A stretch of DNA of 64,000 nucleotides. Source: Macrostomum lignano (lineage: Eukaryota). Where the stretch lies: positions 776,277 to 840,276 of the forward strand of contig NIVC01000168.1 of the NCBI GenBank assembly GCA_002269645.1, given 5' to 3'. Positions within the stretch are counted from its first letter, which is position 1. Every line of letters begins with the position of its first letter. Made by a program: the position numbers and the translations under genes. A model generated the notes under the pieces. It made no database searches and had not been told where the DNA came from. It saw only the letters and a list, made by a program, of their open reading frames with translations. Positions 39,320 through 49,500 of the stretch are shown in pieces.

Positions 39320-42300
39320 TCACACGAACCCGACCGACTTGCAGCTGCCTGCGGAGTCCTCGAACTCGACTCCGGCCGGCCTCGGCGAGAAATTGGCCGC
39401 TTGAGAACGCCGGCCGACCGCCGACGGTGTCGCTGGCGAACTTCGAAGGCAGCCGCCGTTGGCCGCGCCTCGAATCAACGGCGAATCGCTTTCGGAAATT
39501 TCTGAAACACCCGGCTGTTGCTGTTGCTGCTGCTGCTGCTGCTGCTGGGGAAGACAGCGAAGCTGCTGCTGCTGCCGGAAGCTTCCGTCTCTGCCGGCCG
39601 CTGCTGCTGCCGCTGCTGCCGGCGGGCTCAAGGAGCCGTTGGAAGATTTTCTTCTTTTGTAGTAGGACTTGAAGTCCAGCTGCTGGGTGAACTCGGCCTC
39701 CTTCTTCTGCCGCTCGTATTTCCAGTTGTGCTCGATGACTGCGGATTGGAGTGCTGCAGCTGCTGCTTGTGAGTGTCACTTGAAGCTCCAAAACGGCTCT
39801 TTCAAGGGCCACTATTTTACTACGAAGACTACTCAAGTCAGGGGCGTCACCACCGGGGGGGGGGACAGGGGGACATACCCCCCCCCCCAGTAAGAGCTAT
39901 GGGGGAGACATGCTAATGCATTGTCCCCCACCCCACCTTTGTTGACCTGTTATGGAAATCAATAATTTTGCTTCAGGGAAACAAAAAATGAGTGCCTGCG
40001 GCGCTAAAATGAGTGCCTGCAGCGCTAAAATGAGTGCCTGCAGCGCTAAAATGAGTGCCTGCGGCGCTAAAGTGAGTGCCTGCAGCGCTAAAGTGAGTGC
40101 CTGCAGCGCTAAAATGAGTGCCTGCGGCGCTAAAATGAGTGCCTGCGGCGCTAAAATGAGTGCCTGCAGCGCTAAAATGAGTGCCTGCGGCGCTAAAATG
40201 AGTGCCTGCAGCGCTAAAATGAGTGCCTGCAGCGCTAAAATGAGTGCCTGCGGCGCTAAAATGAGTGCCTGCAGCGCTAAAATGAGTGCCTACGGCGCTA
40301 AACTGAGTGCCTACGGCGCTAAACTGAGCGCCTGCGGCGCCAAAATAATCGCTGACAGCACCATTATGAAAATAATGTACATGTAGGAATTTAGTCATGT
40401 ACACGAGCAATATGCAGAATTCTCTTGGCTTTGTCCCCCCCCCCACCATAAGATCCATGGCGACGCCCCTGACTCAAGTAGAAGGATGGGAAACTGCCGT
40501 TTCCTGGAAAATTTTAAGAGGCCGGCTTCTTACCGAAAAAAAACATCATGGATATAGGAGGTTTTCATTTTTTAAGACAAAATTGTTATTGCTTTTGATA
40601 GGAGCTAGGCAGACCCAATGTTGATAATTTAATATATATTTGTCTTTCCAATGGCTCTATTGATATTCATAGAACTTTTTGTTTAGAAAATTTGGATTCT
40701 ATGATAATTATATATCCTTAGTACAACCGCACAGGTCCAGTGCCTGAAAAACCATTAAAAATAAACATAAAACCAATGAGTCGAGCCGTGCCCATATAAT
40801 GGTTTTTAGGCACAGGACATTTACGTAGGTTATAAAACTAACACAATTTTCAAAACGAAAAGTACTATTAACATCAATAGAGCTATACTCGTATGATGAA
40901 AGGTAAGACATATCAAAAGATGAACATTGGATCTCTCTAGCTTCTATCAAAAGCAGTAACAATTTTCGTTAAATATTTATTTTTTTACTAGTTATTTATT
41001 AAATATTTATTTCGATATTGTCTTCCTATCGATTAACGAATGACGATGTGAAGCTGTCAAGAGATCAAATCCTTCATATGAAAGCTTCTTCCCATTGAAT
41101 TCTGAGTAAATTTTGAGTGAACCCGGTTGCTCACACTGGTAGTCGGGGTTCCTCGGTGCCCACCAAAATCTCTCCCAGCACAGCAGCGCGGCGAAGAGCA
41201 CGGCGAAGACGAACGCCAGCACCAGCAGGTGCAGCTGGTTGGTGAAGAACAGCGACTTGGCGATGCCCTCCGGCGACTTCGGGTCGTCGTACGGCTGAGG
41301 AGGCGGAATCGGAGTGACAGGAATCGGAGTGACAGGAATCGGAGTGACAGGAATCGGAGTGACAGGAATCGGAGTGACAGGAATCGGAGTGACAGGAATC
41401 GGAGTGACAGGAATCGGAGTGACAGGAATCGGAGTGACAGGAATCAGAGGAGTGACAGGAATCGGAGTGACAGGAATCAGAGGAGTGACAGGAATCGGAG
41501 TGACAGGAATCGGAGTGACAGGAATCAGAGGAGTGACTAAGAATCGGAGTGACAGGAATCGGAGTGACAGGAATCAGAGGAGTGACAGGAATCGGAGTGA
41601 CAGGAATCGGAGTGACAGGAATCAGAGGAGTGACTAAGAATCGGAGTGACAGGAATCGGAGTGACAGGAATCAGAGGAGTGACAGGAATCGGAGTGACAG
41701 GAATCGGAGTGACAGGAATCGGAGTGACAGGAATCGGAGTGACAGGAATCGGAGTGACAGGAATCGGAGTGACAGGAATCGGAGTGACAGGAATCGGAGT
41801 GACAGGAATCAGAGGAGTGACTAAGAATCGGAGTGACAGGAATCAGAGGAGTGACTAAGAATCGGAGTGACAGGAATCAGAGGAGCAGTGACAGAGGCCG
41901 GGTGCCGTGATGCTAATGTAGGATAAATTAGTAAAGCAGATTAATGAGGGGATGGCAAAGTCGCACGCAGAGGAGGCCTCAAAGCCGGTTCGTGCCCAAG
42001 TGGCTGTCCTAAGTCTCCGCGCTCAGCAAACATCACGGATCCTTTTCGTCTCGGGGGCAACACTTTTTTGCATTGACGAGCAGCTCATTTCTTAATCTAT
42101 TTAATCCTGCTCAGGCTCCGGATGAAGCATGAGATGGAGGCTGGCGCTGAGTTAAGGCTGTAACATCTGTTGCTTTCGCAGCAATTTCCGCTTCGAAGGC
42201 GAGCAGTGAATGACCGGAATAAACAAAAACTGCTCCAGCCTCACTGTTGATTGGGTTGAGAAGCCAGTGACCAACCGAATTTTGCGGCTTCATTCAATAA

Positions 42301-45300
42301 GTTGAGTTGCCAAGCTAAACATGAAAGCTAAGGTAGCCTCGGTAGCTAAAAAGCTAAGGTGGGCATGGGAGATGAGGCTGCTAGGGTAGAAGCAGCTGCT
42401 AAGTAGACCAGGTATGGTCAAGGCAACTGAGATGGACACGGAATTCCAAGTTAGACTAGATAGCCTATTATGTAGCTTTCGAGCCAGGGTAGCCAGGGTA
42501 GTTCAGGTAGCCAAAGTAGACAAGGTAGTCAAAGTAGCCAAGATAGTCAAAGTAGCCAAGGTAGCCAAGGTAGCCAAGGTAGTCAAAGTAGCCAAGGTAG
42601 TCAAAGTAGCCAAGGTAGCCAAAGTAGACAAGGTAGTCAAGGTAGCCAGGGTAGCCAAGGTAGCCAAAGTAGCCAAAGTAGCCAAGGTAGCCAACCAAAG
42701 TAGCCAAGGTAGCCAAAGTAGACAAGGTAGCCATATTAGACGAAGTAGACAAGGTAGACAAGGTAGCCAACCAAAGTAGTCATGGTAGCCAGAGTAGACA
42801 AGGTAGCCAAAGTACAAAAAAGGTAGACACGGTAGAAAAGGTACCCAAAGTAGACAAGGTAGACAAGGCAAGCCTATGTAGCTTAGTTAGCCCCTGACTC
42901 ACCGCGTCGCTGCCCTGATGTTGCAGCCCTACCAGGTCCGCCAACACCCTGTGCTGCCGGGTCACCAGCCAGTTGATGAGGCAGCCGGTGAGGCTGGGTC
43001 GCAGCCTCGTCAGCAGCCCCCGCACAGACGGCCTCTTCAGCACCATCTGCAGCTTGACGCCGGCCACCTGCAGCGGGTGCTCCTGGCGCATGTGCAGGTA
43101 CATGAAGTGCTCGATCAGGGCGCCGTAGTGACGGGCGGCCCTGTTGCCATGGGAAACACCGGCAGCGTCACTGGCATTGGCCGAGGCCGGCGGTGATGAG
43201 GCTGGGTGGTCCTGCGGCGGTTCGCTGCCCGAGTGCTGCCAGGCCTGGCGGCCGAACAGCTCGTCCAAGGAGTTCACCGCTGGGTTAAGGGGTCGGGGCG
43301 GGTCAGTCCGGGGAAATGGACGACTCAAAGTAGGAGGGGAGTGCTTCGTTCTTAGATAATCCTCATTTCAAAATGTTTCTTAGAAATTCTTAGAAAATCC
43401 GAAATATCTCAGTATCTCATTCAGTATCTCACTCGGTTTCTCACTCAGTATCTCACTCGGTTTCTCACTCAGTATCTCACTCGGTTTCTCACTCAGTATC
43501 TCACTCGGTTTCTCACTCAGTGTCTCACTCAGTATCTCATTCAGTTCTCATTCAGTTCTCATTCAGTTCTCACTCAGTCTCTCCCTCATCTCATTCAGTT
43601 CTCACTCAGTTCTCACTCAGTATCTCCCTCATCTCATTCAGTTCTCACTCAGTATCTCACTCATCTCATTCAGTATCTCACTCAGTTTTCACTCGGTTTT
43701 CACTCAGTACCACACTCAGTATCTCCCTCAGTATCTCAGTATCTCACTCACTATCTTACTCAGTATCTCAGTATTTACCTCAGTGTCTAACTCGGCGTCT
43801 CACTCAGTATCTCACCCAGTTTTCATTCGGTATTTCACTCAGTATCACACTCAGCATCTCACTCGGTATCTCACTCAGTATCTCACTCAGTATCCCAGTA
43901 TCTCACTCAGTATCTCACTCAGTATCCCAGTATCTGACTCAGTATCCCAGTATCTCACTCAGTATCTCACTCAGTATCCCAGTATCTCACTCAGTATCCC
44001 AGTATCTCACTCAGCATTTCTTAGTGTCTCTGTTTTTCAATGAACTGTCTTCTTTTTCTCGCCATTTTCCCGAGCTCTCTGCCTCCCAGACTCGGGCAGA
44101 TGCTTCAGCAGAGCCTGCCCGCCTCCTGTCTCGCAGTTTTTGCGCAGTAATTTTATTTGTCTAATCTTTTATGTTTCCCAGACCGCAGAAGCAAATCAAG
44201 GACTGGCCCGACAGTCAGGGCGAGTTTAGCAGAGAAAAATTTGCTGCTTTTACAATCCGACTGCGGAGCCTGTCTGCTAAATTGATGGCCCCGACAAGCC
44301 AAATACCAAAGTCTACCGGTGCAGCGGCTTACCGATGGGGTTCGAGCCGACTTCGTACACCAGTGTCTCCTCGAACGAGCCGTTCATCACCGTCATCTGC
44401 AGGTGCCGGCCGGGGCCAGTGAAGGGAGGGGTTGGAGAGGCCGGCAGTGCTGTGCGATCTTTCAGTTTGCCCCGACACGGATTCAGGGCTTCCAGGAATT
44501 GGTTGCTATGCTGGGTTCTTTGCGCGTCTAAATTATCGATATTGATGGGGAATCCCTTCAACAATATGATTTGGGAATTCCCTCGACAATATGATTAGGG
44601 AATTCCCACGTCAATATGATTTGGGAATTCCTTCGACAATATGATTTGGGAATTGCCTTCGCAAAAGTTATGTAATCCCTTTCACAAGAGTAGTAGGAAA
44701 TCCCTTTAAAACGTTAACCGGGAATCCCTTCAACAGGAACCGCTTCACAATGGGAATCCATTTCGCTAGAGCAGTGGGGAATCCCTCTGACAAAAGTAGT
44801 GGGGAATTCCTTGGTTAATGGGAATCCCTTCGACAAGGATGGAGAATCCCTTTCGCAATAGTAGTAAGGAATCCCTTCGAAAAGGTTAATGTGAAATTCC
44901 TTTCAAAGGATTAGTAGGGAAGCCCTTCGAAAAGTTAATGGGGAATCCCTTTTGCAAGATCAGTTGGTAATCCCTTGGTTAATGGGGAATCCGTTTTGCA
45001 AGAGTATTTGGGAATCTCTTCGACAAGGTTAGCTAGGAATCCCTTTATGCACGATTAATGGGGAATCCGTGCGTCAAAATATTCCAAAGAAGTGCCCTAC
45101 TCAGTACTTTTGAGGAATTGAGGAGAAGATTCGAAGGCCTTTGTAAAAGAATATTTAGAATTTAGAAAATATTTAGATTTTCAAAATGAAGAACAGGACA
45201 ATGAGAACACGGAAACTAACATTGGCCTGGAACAGTTTGGAGTTGTCAAACGACTGCGAGCTCTGGCCGAGCGCGGTGGTGATGCCAGCGGTGAACATGG

Positions 45301-46500
45301 AGGTGATCACCAGGCCGAAGCTGATCCACAGGAAGGCGAACAGCCTGCCGCAGATGGTCTTCGGCGAGCGGTCGCCGTAGCTGCGGGGTTCGAAATCGGA
45401 TGTCTGCTTTGGGGATCTCGGGTTGCTATGGGATATTTCCCGATTGGGGATCTCGGGTTGCTATGGGATATTTCCCGCTTGGGGATCTCGGGTTGCTATG
45501 GGATATTTCCCGATTGGGGATCTCGGGTTGCTATGGGATATTTCCCGATTGGGGATCTCAGGCTGCTGTGGGATATTTCCCACGAAAGTAATTTGGTATA
45601 CTAAGGGAGATTTTCCAATTTGGGATTCCATCGAGATGGAATTTCAGATTCCACAGACAAAATATCATTCATTCGATTTCTAGGTTAAGCAAACTGAGCA
45701 AAAAGGCGGCAGACAATTAGCAGGGAAGCTCGGAACTCGAGGAGTCATCAGATTGATCAGGCAGCTGGCAGTTGCAGCCCCTCTGTGCCTGGGGAAAAAC
45801 TTTGCCGTAGTGGGTGGTGGCTGCCAGCAGCTGACCTTAAATCATCTTCGGCTGCCTCGGGCAGCTGCGGAGCCCCCGGTGACCCCGGCATAGAAAACTT
45901 TCTCCACGCGACCCCGCGGTTAAACGAGTGAAGAATGGGCCTGGGATTCCCTTGCACCCTTCATTATCCCATGGGATCCGTCACAGTTTTGGGCTGCGCA
46001 CCGGCCGCTGCAGATTCTGCGCTGCACTGCCGCCTGCGAGCTGCTTGTACGGGGCAGGAATAGTAGGTAGGAAGAATAGGTAGAGTAGACAGATAGAGTA
46101 GATAGAAAGTAGACAGAGATAGATGACGGACAGAGAGAATTGACAGGGGGAGTAGACAATGAGAGTATACAGAGTAGACAGGGAGAGGGAAAAGGTAGGG
46201 AGAGTAGACAGAGAGAGTAGACAGAGAGAGTAGACAGGAAGAGTAGACAAGGAGAGTAGATAATGAGAGTAGACAGAGAGAGTAGACAGAGAGAGTAGAC
46301 AGAGAGAGTAGATAGAGAGTAGACGGAAATAGTAGACAGATATAGTAGACGAACAGAGAGAGTTGACAGGGAGAGTAGACTGACAGAGAGAGTAGACAGG
46401 GAGAGTAGACAGGGAGGGTAGACAGGGAGAGTAGACAGGGAGAGTAGACAGGGAGAGTAGATAGATAGTAGATGAACAGAGAGAGACGAACAGAGAACAG

Positions 46501-46560
<60 letters not shown>

Positions 46561-49500
46561 GAGAGAGAATTGACAGGGAGAGTAGACAATGAGAGTAAAC
46601 AGAGAGAGTAGAGAAGATACTGAGAATAGAGGTGAAGAGAAGAAGTGTGACGCTCACGAATCCAAATGAGGGAAAGAAGAAACCTCGGACTGAATGAATT
46701 TTCGCTAGAAAATAGCAGCAGCAAGTCACGCCAGCGAATGAATTTTCGCTAGAAAATAGCAGCAGCAAGTCACGCCAGCGCGCAGGCAGCCCGCAGGCGC
46801 TGCAGAGGGCATTCATCCCCGGTTCAAGCGGTGCTTCAAGCGGGGTTGCCAGGCACAGCAAAAAGAATGCCAGAATGCTTTGCAAAACGATATTTCTAAA
46901 CTCACCCCACGGTTGTCATGGTGATGAAGGCCCACCAGCAGCCTTCCCAGAAGCCGCGCAGGAAGGGTCTGGGAAATTCCTGGGGATTTTTCAGCCGCTC
47001 CTGAAATCCGAGACGGGGGAGGGGAGAGGGGATGCGAGAGGCTGCGTTTGATGAAGAGGGAGCCCCAGTGGCTTGCGGAAATTGGCTGGGAGATGACGCT
47101 GTTTCATGTCTGTCTGAATGCTAATCAGTCCTTGTAGCAGGTTATAAACCTGTCCAATAGGTATTCTATAGTAAGCTGTTCTAACAGTTTATAAGCGTGT
47201 CTAACAGGTAATACTTCTGTCTAACAGGTGATAAGCCTGTCTAACAGGTAATACTTCTGTCTAACAGGTAATAGTTCTGTCTAACAGGTAATACTTCTGT
47301 CTAACAGGTAATACTTCTGTCTAACAGGTAATAGTTCTGTCTAACAGGTAATACTTCTGTCTAACAGGTAATACTTCTGTCTAACAGGTGATAAGCCTGT
47401 CTAACAGGTAATACTTCTGTCTAACAGGTGATAAGCCTGTCTAACAGGTAATACTTCTGTCTAACAGGTAATACTTCTGTCTAACAGGTAATAAGCGTGT
47501 CTAACAGTTGATAAGCCTGTCTAACAGGTAATAAGCCTGTCTAACAGGTAATAGTTCTGTCTAACAGGTAATAGTTCTGTCTAACAGGTAATAGTTCTGT
47601 CCAACAGGTAATACTTCTGTCTAACAGGTAATAAGCGTGTCTAACAGTTGATGAGCGTGTCTAACAGGTAATACGCCTGTCTAATATGAAATAAGCCTGT
47701 CTAGCAGGTAATACTCCTGTCTAACAGGTAATAGTTCTGTCTAACAGGTAATACTCCTGTCTCTAACAGGTAATACTCCTGAACAGGTAATTCTCCTGTC
47801 TAACAGGTAATAAGTTTTTCTAGCAGTCAGCAAGCCTATCTAACAGTCAGCAGGCCTATCTAACAGTCAGCAGGCGCCAGTCCAGACCATGAGCCAGGCG
47901 ATGACCCCGGCGTAGGCGCAGGACACCAGGATGATGACCAGCAGTGGCCAGGCGTGAACCACGAAGTTCAGCTGCGAAAGGCCGGACTGGTGCGGCCGGA
48001 TGGTTGGGTCCAGCCACACTGCGCCTGCGGCGGTGGGTGAGGTGCGCAGTGGAATTAGCGAATACTCTGGGGAGGGCTGATGTTGATTCAGATATAAGAG
48101 AGTGACATTGAGAGTGACATTGACAATGGTACTTCGTACTGCACTGGTAGCGACATGTGAAGAGACACTTAAAACTGACACACACAGAGAGTGACATCAA
48201 TAGTTACACAGAGAGTGATATCGATAGTGACACAGAGAGTGAAATCGATAGTGACACAGAGAGTGACATAAATAGTGAGACACAGAGTGACATAAATAGT
48301 GACAAAGAGAGTGACATCAATAGTGAGACAGAGAGTGACATCAATAGTGAGACAGAGAGTGACATCAATAGTGAGACAGAGAGTGACATCAGTAGTGAGA
48401 CAGAGAGTGACATCAGTAGTGAGACAGAGAGTGACATCAATAGTGAGACAGAGAGTGACATCAATAGTGAGACAGAGAGTGACATCAGTAGTGAGACAGA
48501 GAGTGACATCAGTAGTGAGACAGAGAGTGACATTAATAGTGACATAGAGAGTGACATCAATAGAGACACAGAGAGTGACATCAATAGTGAGACAGAGAGT
48601 GACATCAATAGCGACATAGAGAGTGACATCAATAGAGACACAGAGAGTGACATCAATAGTGAGACAGAGAGTGACATCAATAGAGACACAGAGAGTGACA
48701 TCAATAGTGAGACAGAGAGTGACATCAATAGTGACATAGAGAGTGACATCAATAGAGACACAGAGAGTGACATCAATAGTGAGACAGAGTGACATCAATA
48801 GTGACAGAGAGAGTGACACAAAGGGCGACACTGAGAATGGCATTGAGGCTTCTAAATCGCTATGCACACAGAGTGAAACCTGGAGTGCCGGATCGATGGA
48901 AATGATGAGGAGTGACAGAATTGAATCGCCCCAGTCAGACTTGAGCGCACAATGGGCCCCATTGTCTCGTTGCATTGCTGCTCGCACTTTAAATATTTGC
49001 CCAAGCAGCTTCCTAGCGAACGGCCGATAACTGGGGCAGCGCCGGGACCCGGGGAAAGTCGTCGCAAGACGGCTCTGCCCCGGTGTTTCTCCTCTAAACA
49101 AAGTTAAGGACACGCGGATAACTGCGACCAAGGCGGGCGTGTGCCAGAGCCTGGAGCACCAATTCTTACCCTCATTCGCAGACACCGGTCTGGTTCCTCA
49201 TCTTATTAATTTGTCAAGCCTCCGCTTCGATTGAACCCATAATTTGGTTTGCGCCAGCTTCATCTTAGTATCCAAGCTCGCAAACCAGATTCTTCTTTAA
49301 GGGCTTCAAGCCTGCATTGCGGGAGGGGAGGAAAGCCGAAAAATGGATAGGTACATGTACAGGTATAACTGTGGGTCTGCGACTGCCTCAGGCCTGGTGC
49401 ATTGGACAAAAGCCAGCTGATGACGTTGGGAATGAAGGCCCTTGGGCAAACTTGAGTGTAGCGATGAAAAAATGCAATTTATCAGCTAATAAGGGCATCT

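Noticed and set aside
39156-39836. 226-aa minus-strand ORF with a coiled-coil-like start (MSSLRSKIVALE...)
   Set aside because: The true last exon of the channel uses another frame (IEHNWKYERQKK...GFV*), fixed by the acceptor at 39739 and the upstream phase.
46694-46780. ~44-bp direct duplication (gaatgaattttcgctagaaaatagcagcagcaagtcacgccagc)
   Set aside because: A simple intronic tandem duplication with no further structure.
49180-49330. Possible Penelope GIY-YIG remnant (RLEALKEE...WILR*...NRSGG) near the telomeric repeats
   Set aside because: Too short and stop-interrupted; no RT or pLTR support.
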